From the NCBI GenBank assembly GCA_964651115.1, contig CAZYXJ010000001.1:213077-277076 (forward strand): a stretch of DNA of 64,000 nucleotides. Direction: 5' to 3'. Positions 46,121 to 56,028 of the stretch are shown here, in pieces. The translations under genes and the position numbers were made by a program. Source of the stretch: an uncultured Candidatus Saccharibacteria bacterium (GTDB lineage Bacteria; Patescibacteriota; Minisyncoccia; Phycocordibacterales; JACOZG01). Below the pieces are notes generated by a model. That model worked only from the letters and a program-made list of their open reading frames with translations. It made no database searches and was not told the origin of the DNA. Position 1 is the stretch's first letter; the number at the start of each line of letters is the position of its first letter.

Positions 46121-46846
46121 TTACCGTTTTGGTCTAATTGAATAGCAAACCCAGGTGTAACCCAGGGCATTATTGTAGCGCCTGCCGACAACCTCACAAC
46201 CACAATCGCTAACTAAGTTCTCCAGCACCACAAAATCAGCATTGGGATCTTTAGTATTTGCGCTTTGCAGGTTAGAGTGAGTTAAGAGTATGTAGCCGCC
46301 TGGATTAATATGGTCTCTGGCCTCCTCAAATAGTCTTCGGTGCAGGACCATCCCCGGATCATAGAGCGCTGCGGTGATGCTTGTTTTTTCTGTGGGGACA
46401 GCGTTCGTAATGGGCAGATTAGCAATTATCCGATCATATTTTTTATTCCCCATTGCTGAGAAGAGATCACTTACGAATACCGATATTGTGTCTTCTAGAC
46501 CATTTAGTTGAACATTATGTTTGCTGCAAGCTACCGCCTCCGGAATAAGATCCACAGCATCAACGTGTTTGGCCCCTTTAATAACTGCCGCAATTGATTC
46601 GACACCAGTACCGCAACCGATGTCAGCAACATCCAAACCGCTCAAATCACCAAGAGCTTCATATAATGTGCGAGAGGACACGGAGTGATCAGCGGCCGGC
46701 GGAAAAATGCCAGGGAAGACATCGATTAAGATAATTTTGCCATCGATTTCGACATTCACCCGATAAGTTCCTTGGGCTTTCTTGCGCTCCAGTTCTTTGA
46801 CCATTCCCTGGGTCTGCGGGGAATCAGCTTGTGGTTTGATTTCCAT
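46121..46846 (-). CDS. SAM-dependent methyltransferase (MTS / HemK-RsmC-like small domain)
   Basis: Motif I VADIGCGTGVESI. Degenerate motif IV IIANLPIT. Confidence 0.72.
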   Translation of the reverse strand: MEIKPQADSPQTQGMVKELERKKAQGTYRVNVEIDGKIILIDVFPGIFPPAADHSVSSRTLYEALGDLSGLDVADIGCGTGVESIAAVIKGAKHVDAVDLIPEAVACSKHNVQLNGLEDTISVFVSDLFSAMGNKKYDRIIANLPITNAVPTEKTSITAALYDPGMVLHRRLFEEARDHINPGGYILLTHSNLQSANTKDPNADFVVLENLVSDCGCEVVGRRYNNALGYTWVCYSIRPKR

Positions 46847-48006
46847 TACTCAGCCTTCACGAATTTACCCTCACGAACAGTCTTCATTTCAAAGGCTTCG
46901 ACTGGAGTCTCAACAAAACCCTTGTCATCAAACTCAATGAGAGGAATAGATACACTGCCCTCAAACCTCACCTTCTCTAAACCTGATCGAACATTCTCTC
47001 GATTAATTTCTTGGCCAGACTCAACAAGGCCCTTCATCACCTCCGCCAGAACCAAAACTGCGTTGTAAGAGGTAACAGCCGATGGCGACAATGGCTTTAG
47101 ATTAAATCTAGCTTCGTACGCCTTCTCAAACTGATCATAACCATGAGACTGGCTTGGCGTTGCAAAATATAGACGGTTTTGCATCAGCTCTGGGCATTCG
47201 CTCAAAGCTTTTGGCGTTCCGGCAGACTCGGTGGAGAGAAGAGGTAAAGGCGCTCCAAGTTCCTTAGACTGAGCCAAAAAGACACATTCCAACTCGGCAA
47301 AAGCGCCAAAGAAGGCGTCTGGGGATTTGGCCTTAGCCTTGCTAATCAAAGTTCGATAATCAGTAACGGCATAGTCCGTACCCATTTCTTTAGCCACCAC
47401 AGTAATACCAAATTCTGGCGCATTTTTTTCAACCAAGTTAGCAGTAAAAAGCCAGAAGCTAAAGTTTGCTGGCTGGACAATGGCAATCTTTTTCCAGCCC
47501 TTATTTTGAGCAAACTTGAGTAATTCTCTAATCCCCACTTCGTTCTTGGGCCAAGTAACAAAGAAATAAGGTGAGTTAACTTTAGACTCAATGTAGGTTG
47601 AGACATTGGGGCTCACCACTGGAGTTTTGTCAGCTGAAGAGATGGCAGCCACTACCTCGCCGTTACCGTCCCACTGAGGACCAACAATAGCGACTACATT
47701 ATCAACTGCAATTAACTTCTTGGCCGCTGCCGCTCCGCGTTTAAGATCAAGACCAGGAGCGTCTTCTGAAACCATTTCTATTTTCTTGCCACCCACCCCA
47801 CCTTGAGCATTTACTTCTTCCACCGCTAGCAGAGCCCCGTTCTTTTCCTCTGCACCAATTTCAGCGCCTAAGCCAGATTGCCCAGACATCTGCCCGATCT
47901 TGATAACCTCCGCCGAGACTGAATTAGGATTTTTGCTCTTGCTCGCCCAAACTCCCAGCCCCACCACCACCAGAATTATGACGATCCAAATTATTGTTTT
48001 TTTCAT
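46846..48006 (-). CDS. LivJ/K-like substrate-binding protein, anchored - paralogue 2
   Basis: MKKTIIWIVIILVVVGLGVW anchor. IKIGQMSGQSGLGAEIG...AVEEVNAQGG. Confidence 0.78.
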   Translation of the reverse strand: MKKTIIWIVIILVVVGLGVWASKSKNPNSVSAEVIKIGQMSGQSGLGAEIGAEEKNGALLAVEEVNAQGGVGGKKIEMVSEDAPGLDLKRGAAAAKKLIAVDNVVAIVGPQWDGNGEVVAAISSADKTPVVSPNVSTYIESKVNSPYFFVTWPKNEVGIRELLKFAQNKGWKKIAIVQPANFSFWLFTANLVEKNAPEFGITVVAKEMGTDYAVTDYRTLISKAKAKSPDAFFGAFAELECVFLAQSKELGAPLPLLSTESAGTPKALSECPELMQNRLYFATPSQSHGYDQFEKAYEARFNLKPLSPSAVTSYNAVLVLAEVMKGLVESGQEINRENVRSGLEKVRFEGSVSIPLIEFDDKGFVETPVEAFEMKTVREGKFVKAE

Positions 48007-48009
48007 AGT

Positions 48010-48732
48010 TTATTTAATTCCCACAACAACAGCTTCCATCATTTTGCGATAAACCGTTTCCACACCCTTAAAACCAATCGAAGTCATAAACGTTTTTGCC
48101 TCCCCTTCAAAAAACACCAGATCTTCTTGTTCGTCACGTTCCATGTGTGCAAGCCACTCTTTTTTGTAATCCGACCGACCAATGGTGTCGTAAATGTCAT
48201 ATTTGGCAATTTGTTCTCTATAAATCTCTTGTCGCTTTTCTGGATCATCATGGGCATACTTATCACCATTAACAAAAATGCCACCCGGCTTTAAGACCCT
48301 GAAGATTTCTGAAATTATCTGTCGACGAAAGTTTTGTTCAAAATTATGGATCACGAAACCAGAAGCTACGGCATCAAATGATGAGTCTGGTATATTCTTC
48401 AAATATTCTCCGACCTCACTTTCAATTACCGTCACCCGATTGGAAGCTTGCCAACGATTAAGATTATCCTGGATTTGATCAATCATTTTTTTCTCATTAT
48501 CAACAGCCACAACGCGTACACGAGAATCTGAGTCAAGTAGAAACTTGGTAGTAATCCCGGTCCCACATCCGACCTCCATAGTTACAATACTCCCCACCTG
48601 AGAATCCTTGAAGTGCTCGCGGATAGCTTGCCCAACCGCCTGCTGAAGTTCATCATAGTGCGGGTAAGCCAACTTCAAAAGCTCATACTCTTCGCCCAGG
48701 ATATTATTAAATCTTTGATCGTTAGAAGTCAT
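48010..48732 (-). CDS. Class I SAM-dependent methyltransferase
   Basis: Motif I MEVGCGTGITT, plus LKPGGIFV. Confidence 0.78.
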   Translation of the reverse strand: MTSNDQRFNNILGEEYELLKLAYPHYDELQQAVGQAIREHFKDSQVGSIVTMEVGCGTGITTKFLLDSDSRVRVVAVDNEKKMIDQIQDNLNRWQASNRVTVIESEVGEYLKNIPDSSFDAVASGFVIHNFEQNFRRQIISEIFRVLKPGGIFVNGDKYAHDDPEKRQEIYREQIAKYDIYDTIGRSDYKKEWLAHMERDEQEDLVFFEGEAKTFMTSIGFKGVETVYRKMMEAVVVGIK

Positions 48733-48737
48733 TTTAT

Positions 48738-49847
48738 TTATTTCAGAGGAATAATTCTATTTTTCTCAACTTTAAAGAACAGCACTGGTTTATGAGCATT
48801 GCCGTCATCATCAAAAGTCATCGTGCCAGATGCGCCAACAAACTCTTTAATATTACTGAGAGATTTAGCAACTAGCTCTGGATCAGTCGACCCGACATCG
48901 CTGATCGCCTTGATGTATAGGTTAAATGCATCATAAGCCTGATTAGCCGGAAAACCAACCTCTCGCTGATATTTAGATTGGAATTTTTTATTAAACGCAC
49001 TATCAACTGTATCAGTAGAAACAAAGATCGTTCCTTCCAAAGAACCTTGGGCTTGATCGATCGTAGGCTGAAACAACAATACAGAGAAAAATGGGATCGT
49101 CATCCCTAAATCTCGCAGCCGCTGGGCAGAAACGGCCGTTTGTCCATAATTAGTAAAAACAACGGCCTCTGGATTAGACGTTTTTATCTTCGTTGCTTCG
49201 GTTCGCAAATCTTTGTTGTCGACGGTAGGCAGTTGAATTGAGACTACGGCTCCACCAAGCTCTTCAAATTTTTTCTTTACAAAATTAGCCTGGTCCATCT
49301 CCCACTCTTGCTGAGAGCCAAATATAGCAATCTTTCGAAATCCTCTTTGCTTATAGAGATACTCGGCCAAGGTAAAACTATCAAATTTGTTAGGCGGAAA
49401 AACATCAAAAGTTCTTGGACTCATTTCAGCAAATTTTTCTGACCCGACTGACGGAGAAATAATTACTACGTTTGCCTTTTCTGCTACAGGAGCCAACACC
49501 GTCGCTGTGGGAGTGAAATCCGGACCAATTATCAAACGCACATCACGATTTATTAGGTTATAAAGCGCCGATAATCCACCTTTGGGATTATCGCCAAGAT
49601 TATCCTCATAAACCATTTCAACCGGTCGGCCCAATACGCCTCCAGCTTGATTAACTTCTCCAACAGCCAGATCAATACCTCGTTTGGCATTCTCACCGGT
49701 ATCAGCAAAGTTACCGGTTAAATTGAGGATTGCGCCAATCTTAATTGGGCCATCAGTATTATTTGACATCTGCCCATCACGATAAAACCACGCCCCCAAC
49801 CCAACCAGCACTAGAATTATGACAACCCAAATAACGATTTTTTTCAT
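48738..49847 (-). CDS. LivJ/K-like substrate-binding protein, anchored - paralogue 3
   Basis: MKKIVIWVVIILVLVGLGAW anchor. IKIGAILNLTGNFADTGENAKRGIDLAVGEVNQAGG. Confidence 0.8.
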   Translation of the reverse strand: MKKIVIWVVIILVLVGLGAWFYRDGQMSNNTDGPIKIGAILNLTGNFADTGENAKRGIDLAVGEVNQAGGVLGRPVEMVYEDNLGDNPKGGLSALYNLINRDVRLIIGPDFTPTATVLAPVAEKANVVIISPSVGSEKFAEMSPRTFDVFPPNKFDSFTLAEYLYKQRGFRKIAIFGSQQEWEMDQANFVKKKFEELGGAVVSIQLPTVDNKDLRTEATKIKTSNPEAVVFTNYGQTAVSAQRLRDLGMTIPFFSVLLFQPTIDQAQGSLEGTIFVSTDTVDSAFNKKFQSKYQREVGFPANQAYDAFNLYIKAISDVGSTDPELVAKSLSNIKEFVGASGTMTFDDDGNAHKPVLFFKVEKNRIIPLK

Positions 49848-49850
49848 ATT

Positions 49851-50930
49851 TTATTCTAGATCTGTTAGCTGACCACCTTTTACCGCCATAATTTTAGTTT
49901 CTGGCTTGCGATTACCGGTGCCGTCAAACTCGATCTTGCCGCCCACACCCGCAAAGTTTGCAGCCTTAAGATTTTTGACCCAAGTGGCCTGATTAGCGTC
50001 ATAGGTTGCGACCAGCAAATTAAACGCATCGTAGCCGATATCAGACAAAAAGCCAGGATCAGCATTAAAGCGAGCTTTGTACTTAGCTTTAAACTCATCG
50101 GCCACGTCCGACTTTACCGTTCCGACAATCGTGCCATCAAGAACCTTCATATCACCCAAGATACGCTGGTAATCAGAGAAGCCAGATTGGAAGTTGGTGT
50201 CAAAAAAGAATTGCGGATTATTTTTCTTAATCTTCAAAAATTCTTGCATAAAGCGAGCGCCCTGCTGCGGCACAATAAAGAGACCGATCGTACTGGAGTT
50301 GCTAGCGGCCACCTTTAAAGCGTGGGGTCGGAGATCCTTTTCGTCAGCCTGGATAACAAAATCAGTAGTTGTACCCTGGAAGCCTTGTTTAAAACTTTCT
50401 ACAAAGCGGACCATGGCATCAATATTGCTGTAGACAATCGCCATCTCTTTAACACCCTTCTCTCTCATATACACTCCGTACTCATACTCAGAAGCGATAC
50501 TGTTGGGCAAAATACCAAGCACGTTATCATCAGCCGGCTCTCGTCCCTGCTCGCCCATTTGGATAACCGGTAGATCGGTTGTCGTTACCGCACCATAAAT
50601 CGCATCGATCGTCGGCGTAGAAACATTGATCAGCGCCTGGATCTGATTGCTCGTAATCAATTTTTGATAAGCACTGAGTCCCTTGCCACCATTAAAGCCA
50701 TCATCCTCCATAAAAACATTTATCTTAGCATCAGGATGCGCTTGATTATATTCCTCACTAGCCAAAACAACGCCGTTGCGGATGTTCTCGCCGACGGCCG
50801 CGTAATCTCCGCTAAGAATGGCGATGAGTCCTAGATTAAAACTTTTAGCTTGCTGATTGTTGCCAGACCAAACAACCGCCCCGATCACAATAATGGCAAT
50901 GATAACTACCCAAATAATTATTTTTTTCAT
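49851..50930 (-). CDS. LivJ/K-like substrate-binding protein, anchored - paralogue 4
   Basis: MKKIIIWVVIIAIIVIGAVVW anchor. LGLIAILSGDYAAVGENIRNG. Confidence 0.78.
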   Translation of the reverse strand: MKKIIIWVVIIAIIVIGAVVWSGNNQQAKSFNLGLIAILSGDYAAVGENIRNGVVLASEEYNQAHPDAKINVFMEDDGFNGGKGLSAYQKLITSNQIQALINVSTPTIDAIYGAVTTTDLPVIQMGEQGREPADDNVLGILPNSIASEYEYGVYMREKGVKEMAIVYSNIDAMVRFVESFKQGFQGTTTDFVIQADEKDLRPHALKVAASNSSTIGLFIVPQQGARFMQEFLKIKKNNPQFFFDTNFQSGFSDYQRILGDMKVLDGTIVGTVKSDVADEFKAKYKARFNADPGFLSDIGYDAFNLLVATYDANQATWVKNLKAANFAGVGGKIEFDGTGNRKPETKIMAVKGGQLTDLE

Positions 50931-50935
50931 ATTGG

Positions 50936-52057
50936 TTACTTTAAAGTTACAAAATCTTGACCATTAAATGTTTGTAAAATGGGCAATTTATTAACTGGAT
51001 AATTTAGCTCGGGATAGTCTATCCTACCCGATGCCCCAACAAAATCAATTTGCCGGAGCCCAGTGAGAATAGATTCGGAATCAGTTTTACCGACCTCCTC
51101 GATAGCATATTTGACTGCATACACGGCATCATAGGCCGAATCAGCCTCTGCCAATGGGGATTTGTCAAATTTCTGTTGATATTTTTCTACAAAATCTGTC
51201 TTGGGCAAAGCCGGACGAAAAATAGAAATATCTTTTAACGAACCTGCAGAAATTTTTTTGTCGTAATAAGCGTTAGCAAAATTGGCATGCGCCAACACTG
51301 GCGCAGCAATACCAAGCTCCGTTCGTCTCTTAGAAAATGTTACAACATCATTATAGTTTAGAGCACCAAGAACAACATCGGCACCAGACGCCTTAATGAG
51401 AGACAACTCTCGCTGCATGTCATTATTATCAAATTTTGGCAGCACGACCTCCTTTACCAATACTCCGCCGGAATTTTCCAGCGCCTTCTTAAACATCTCG
51501 CCGTGAGCTTTTCCCCAATAATTGTTGGCATAAATAATAACTGCCTTGGGTTGTCGAAATTTTGATAAATATTTTTCGACAACTCCCCGATTACTAGAAA
51601 TTGCCATGTAAGTCGTAAAGTGATACGAGCTGGTTGACTCGATCATATCTTGGGACGCAGACGGCGTAATCAAAATCCGTTTTTGTGAATCAATCACGGG
51701 CATAACTGCGCCGGCCAAAAAGTCCCAGGTAGCGCCGATAATTACTGGGGCGTTATCGACAGAGATTAATTTGTTAACCACCGAAACAGCCTGTTTAGCT
51801 TCGGTGCCGTCATCCTCATAGATCACTTCGAGCGGTCGCCCCAAAACTCCTCCATCATTATTTATTTCTTCCACGGCAAGCGAGATCGCATTTTTCTGAT
51901 GCTCGCCGTAAATAGCTGCGATGCCCGTCATCGGTAAATCGGCTCCAATCTTAATCGGCTCACTGCTGGTTGGAGCGCTATCTCTTCGGCCAATTAGAAC
52001 TAAAATGAGGACTAAAACTACTACAATTACCACCCAAATTATGGCTTTTTTAGACAT
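50936..52057 (-). CDS. LivJ/K-like substrate-binding protein, anchored - paralogue 5
   Basis: TM anchor. IKIGADLPMTGIAAIYGEHQKNAISLAVEEINNDGG. Confidence 0.8.
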   Translation of the reverse strand: MSKKAIIWVVIVVVLVLILVLIGRRDSAPTSSEPIKIGADLPMTGIAAIYGEHQKNAISLAVEEINNDGGVLGRPLEVIYEDDGTEAKQAVSVVNKLISVDNAPVIIGATWDFLAGAVMPVIDSQKRILITPSASQDMIESTSSYHFTTYMAISSNRGVVEKYLSKFRQPKAVIIYANNYWGKAHGEMFKKALENSGGVLVKEVVLPKFDNNDMQRELSLIKASGADVVLGALNYNDVVTFSKRRTELGIAAPVLAHANFANAYYDKKISAGSLKDISIFRPALPKTDFVEKYQQKFDKSPLAEADSAYDAVYAVKYAIEEVGKTDSESILTGLRQIDFVGASGRIDYPELNYPVNKLPILQTFNGQDFVTLK

Positions 52058-52123
52058 GACTCTAGTCTAGCAAGCTCGGGTGAACTGTAAAGCAAAAGTT
52101 GACTATACTGGTTTTATTGCCCG

Positions 52124-53239
52124 TTATGGCAAACGGTCAATCGTCTGCAACTTACCCTCAACCACTTTTTTGATTACCAGAGGCGGGATCCGGATACCAT
52201 TCTCATCAAACTGGACCTTGCCGCTCGCGCCCATCGTATTGGTCTTTTTAAGATTGGCAACCCACTTTGAGCTATCACTATCATAGGCATTGAGATAGGT
52301 CATAAAGGTGTCGTAGCCGTAATCAGCCAAAAAACCAGGCTCTTCGTTAGGATACATTTTCTTGAAGGCGTTGTAGAACTCCTTGTACTCTTGCGAATTT
52401 AAGTCACCCTCCATCCCCAAAGCAATGGCCCCATTAATTTTAGTTAGATTTTCTCCGAGTTGATCCTGATAATAGGAAGTCCCTGTCGTAAGTTGGATAT
52501 CGTAAACAAGCTGTGTTCCAGAGTTAAGAAGCGGCAACAATTCTTTTGTCAGAATCGCCCCGTTCTCCGGCGTCATAATAAAGACAACCGTTGTTGGTTT
52601 GGCTGCGGCGATCTTAGCGGCATCACTTCTTAGCGAATTTTTGTCTGACGAGGCAACAAAGGTAGTAACTGGCTTGCCGTACTCTTTTACAAAAGCTTTA
52701 GCAAAAGAGTCCTGAGCGGCATCAATAGAATGAACAACAACTACTTTAGATTCGTTAAAGCCCGCGCCCTTAATGTAGGTGCTAAAACGATCCCAGACAT
52801 TATCATTCCCTTGGGTCATCTGGAAAACGTAGTCATCGGCAACATTGTTGGCCTGGAAGGCAACCATCATGACGGGAAATCCCGCGGCCTTACCCGGCTC
52901 GTAAATAGAGTCCATCGTTGTGGTAAAGAAGTTGATTAACCCCCCAACATTGTCCTGGGTGGTAAGTTTGCGATAAGCGCTTAAGCCTTTGGCGCCATCA
53001 CCGCCATCGTCCTCCACAACAATCTCAATATTATTTCCCGTGTCTTCTTGATAAACCTGCTGCGCCACTTTTAGACCCTTTAAAGTATTTTCTCCCACTG
53101 CGCCAAAATCACCAGTTAGCGACATGACGGCACCAATCTTCAGCCCAGAGGTCTCGGGGTTCTTCGAACCTACAGTAATGATCGCCCCGACAATAATTGT
53201 CATGACAACAATCGCCAAAATTATTTTTGATTTTTTCAT
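52124..53239 (-). CDS. LivJ/K-like substrate-binding protein, anchored - paralogue 6
   Basis: TM anchor. LKIGAVMSLTGDFGAVGENTLKG. Confidence 0.78.
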   Translation of the reverse strand: MKKSKIILAIVVMTIIVGAIITVGSKNPETSGLKIGAVMSLTGDFGAVGENTLKGLKVAQQVYQEDTGNNIEIVVEDDGGDGAKGLSAYRKLTTQDNVGGLINFFTTTMDSIYEPGKAAGFPVMMVAFQANNVADDYVFQMTQGNDNVWDRFSTYIKGAGFNESKVVVVHSIDAAQDSFAKAFVKEYGKPVTTFVASSDKNSLRSDAAKIAAAKPTTVVFIMTPENGAILTKELLPLLNSGTQLVYDIQLTTGTSYYQDQLGENLTKINGAIALGMEGDLNSQEYKEFYNAFKKMYPNEEPGFLADYGYDTFMTYLNAYDSDSSKWVANLKKTNTMGASGKVQFDENGIRIPPLVIKKVVEGKLQTIDRLP

Positions 53240-53343
53240 AATAGCATTATACAGATGAGCTATTTTATTGTATATAGATGAGGCTCGGTTGGACCGTTTC
53301 TCAAAAATATGCTTATTTATAGCGCTGGAACGGTTTTTATAAT

Positions 53344-53372
53344 TTGACTAAAAATTAGTCACAAGCTATACT
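53344..53372 (+). promoter_or_regulatory. Promoter with embedded perfect palindrome (candidate TrmB-like autoregulatory operator)
   Basis: TTGACT (53344-53349), N17, TATACT (53367-53372). TGACTAA-AAA-TTAGTCA inverted repeat at 53345-53361. Confidence 0.45.
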
Positions 53373-53378
53373 CAGCTG

Positions 53379-54203
53379 ATGGGTAACAGCAACGCCATCT
53401 ATAACCTAATGGGCCTCACCGAGACCGAAAAGCGGATTCTGCGGGCACTCCAGTCAGCAAAAAACGTGCAAAACATTGCCCGCCAGACGGGTATCTCTCG
53501 AACGGGAATAAATTATTGTCTCAGTTCCCTACTTAAACGTAGTCTCGTGCGCATTATCCGTCAGGGCCGCAAAAGATTATTCATTGGCCTGACTAAGCTA
53601 GAACTTGTTAATTTGCTGCAAGAGGCCATCGACGGATCAAAAATCGAAGGGGCGGAAAAGAGGGGCGCGAGAGTCCGGTCCACCAAAGAGGACGAATTTG
53701 TTATCCATGTGGGAGCCAAAGAGATTATCCCCGCCTACACCCGCATCGCCTCCGCGAACAAAGATGAGCGCATTAAAGCCATCCAACACCATCGCTCTTA
53801 CAATGAACTATTAGAAAAAATCACCGCTACCCAGTTGGTTGCCTTCAATAAAACCATCATTAAAAATCGCCTCATTATCGAGGGGATGCTGAACGAAGGA
53901 GCTTATCAAGCCTACAAAGAAGAAGTTGGAACAAACCCGAACAAGTATAAGGACTCTATCGAAAGCCTAGAAGGACGGATGGCGGATTACACCTGCTTTC
54001 CCGACAATAAGTTTAACCATGATGCCGAGCTGTGGCTATTTAAAAATACTTCGCTTTTGATTAATTGGCACGATGAGGTGGCGATAGAAATTACTAACAA
54101 AAGTATGACCGCCTTTCTGAAAGATATGTTTGACTTCGTTAAAAAAGACGGCCACAAGATCGACCATAACCGAGCCGTGAGAAATGTTTTAACAAAAAAT
54201 TGA
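53379..54203 (+). CDS. TrmB-like winged-HTH transcriptional regulator
   Basis: LTETEKRILRALQSAKNVQNIARQTGISRTGINYCLSSLLKRSLV wHTH pattern. Divergent from an SBP operon. Confidence 0.68.
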   Translation: MGNSNAIYNLMGLTETEKRILRALQSAKNVQNIARQTGISRTGINYCLSSLLKRSLVRIIRQGRKRLFIGLTKLELVNLLQEAIDGSKIEGAEKRGARVRSTKEDEFVIHVGAKEIIPAYTRIASANKDERIKAIQHHRSYNELLEKITATQLVAFNKTIIKNRLIIEGMLNEGAYQAYKEEVGTNPNKYKDSIESLEGRMADYTCFPDNKFNHDAELWLFKNTSLLINWHDEVAIEITNKSMTAFLKDMFDFVKKDGHKIDHNRAVRNVLTKN

Positions 54204-54212
54204 TCTGGGGAT

Positions 54213-55091
54213 TTAAATCTTATACTCCCCGATCAGGCCTTGAGGGCGGTAGAGCATAAGGACGATTAGCAAGAGGCCATAGACGGCTTGGCGCATTTGC
54301 GCCGCAATATCGGTGGGAAAGCCCACAAAACGCAAGGCCTCAGGCAACAGGATCAAACAAACCGCCCCCAAAACTGAGCCGCGGAGATTGGCCAGTCCGC
54401 CGAGAATAATAATCGCCAGCAAAAAGATCGACTCATTAAGCGAGAAAGTGGAAGGATCAATAAAGGTGATATAAGAAGCAAAAAGTGAGCCTGCTAGTGC
54501 CGCCAATCCAGCACTAATTACAAAGATCAGAAGTTTGTAATTAAAGGTGTGATAACCAAACACCCGGATCGCCTCCTCGTCCTCACGAATCGCCTTTAAA
54601 ACTCGGCCAAACGAGGATTTAACAATCAAACGTGATACAAGGTAAACCAAAGCAAGCGCTACGGCGGTTAAAACCAGAAACTCAAGGTTTGAGTTAAGGT
54701 CCAATTTCCAATTACCAATTCCTAAGGAGGGGCGAGTAATCCCGGGGACACCCAAGGGGCCGCGAGTTACTGATTGCCAGTTGAGAAAGATACTATAAAT
54801 GATGATGTTGAAGCCAAAGGAGCCGAGAGCGTAAAAGTCTTCGCGGAAGCGCGAGAGCACCACGCCCACTACCACCGAGACCAACATCGCGATAATCATC
54901 CCGATCAAAGTTGCCAAGAAAAAGTTCAACCCCATTCCTGTTAGCAGCAGCGCTGTGGCGTAAGCGCCAATGCCATAAAAGGCGGCTTGAGTGATGGAAA
55001 GGAGACCAGTGTAGCCAACGATCAGATTTAAGCTGATCCCCAAGATCCCGTAGATACCGATCAGAATGGCTAAGTGGATTAAATATTCCAT
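54213..55091 (-). CDS. livM: Branched-chain-type ABC transporter permease (LivM-like)
   Basis: About 8 TM segments. GYTGLLSITQAAFYGIGAY pattern. Confidence 0.82.
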   Translation of the reverse strand: MEYLIHLAILIGIYGILGISLNLIVGYTGLLSITQAAFYGIGAYATALLLTGMGLNFFLATLIGMIIAMLVSVVVGVVLSRFREDFYALGSFGFNIIIYSIFLNWQSVTRGPLGVPGITRPSLGIGNWKLDLNSNLEFLVLTAVALALVYLVSRLIVKSSFGRVLKAIREDEEAIRVFGYHTFNYKLLIFVISAGLAALAGSLFASYITFIDPSTFSLNESIFLLAIIILGGLANLRGSVLGAVCLILLPEALRFVGFPTDIAAQMRQAVYGLLLIVLMLYRPQGLIGEYKI

Positions 55092-55093
55092 GG

Positions 55094-55972
55094 CTACTTT
55101 TTAAATAGACCCTGCGGGCGAAATAAAAGAAACAGAAGCAGGAGCACGAAGGCGATCGCATCCTTCCACTCCCCGGCCAACTTCCAAATCCCAAAATTTT
55201 CTACAAAGCCCAAAATAAAAGCCCCGATGATCCCACCCCAAATATTACCGGCGCCACCAATAATCGCCGCGATCACTCCTTTTAGGAGGAGTGATAACCC
55301 CATCGTTGGCTCGATACCGGTATCAAAGCCGATCATGATCCCCGCCAACCCAGCAATGGCCGAGCCGAGAAAGAAAACGGTGGCAATCACATTGCTGGTA
55401 TTGATCCCCACGATTTTAGAAACCTCTTCATCATCGCCCACGGCCCGGATGGCTTTACCGATCGCCGTGTATTTAAGAAAGAGTCCCAGCAGCACGCCGA
55501 TCACCAGGACCAGGGCCACAATAATAAGCTGGACCTGAGTGATTACGCCGCCGGCAATCTCGTAGACCTGACCGCTGCCGGCGGCGCGACTTAGGGTCTG
55601 GAACTGACTAGTAAAGAGCATGGCGATAATCGCCTGGAGCATGGTAAAGGCACCCAGGGAGGCAACTAGCAAAACCATGTTGGAAGCTTTGCGCTTCCGA
55701 AGCGGTCGATAAACTAGATAGTTAATCAAAAGCCCGATCAAACCAGCCACCAAGACGCCCAAAACCACCGCCCACCATAAGTCGCCACCAAGTTTTTTAT
55801 AAAAAAAGAAAACGGTATAACCACCCACTGCCGTGAGAGCACCATAACCAAGATCAAAAAACTTGACCGTACCAAAGATTAAATTAAAACCGAGCGCCAA
55901 GAGAGCATAGATGGCGCCAGCAATAATGCTATTAGCAACAAGTTGTGGCAAGATATCCATATATATTTTCAA
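55094..55972 (-). CDS. livH: Branched-chain-type ABC transporter permease (LivH-like)
   Basis: LVANSIIAGAIYALLALGFNLIFG is the typical LivH N-terminus. Confidence 0.82.
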   Translation of the reverse strand: MKIYMDILPQLVANSIIAGAIYALLALGFNLIFGTVKFFDLGYGALTAVGGYTVFFFYKKLGGDLWWAVVLGVLVAGLIGLLINYLVYRPLRKRKASNMVLLVASLGAFTMLQAIIAMLFTSQFQTLSRAAGSGQVYEIAGGVITQVQLIIVALVLVIGVLLGLFLKYTAIGKAIRAVGDDEEVSKIVGINTSNVIATVFFLGSAIAGLAGIMIGFDTGIEPTMGLSLLLKGVIAAIIGGAGNIWGGIIGAFILGFVENFGIWKLAGEWKDAIAFVLLLLFLLFRPQGLFKK

Positions 55973-56028
55973 CCAAACTATAACAGCAACCTGAGCTGAC
56001 TACAAATCAGGTCCGGAATAAAACAAGC

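Noticed and set aside
54793-55194. 133-aa ORF spanning the livM/livH junction
   Set aside because: It is an off-frame read across two well-supported permease genes, with a low-complexity translation.
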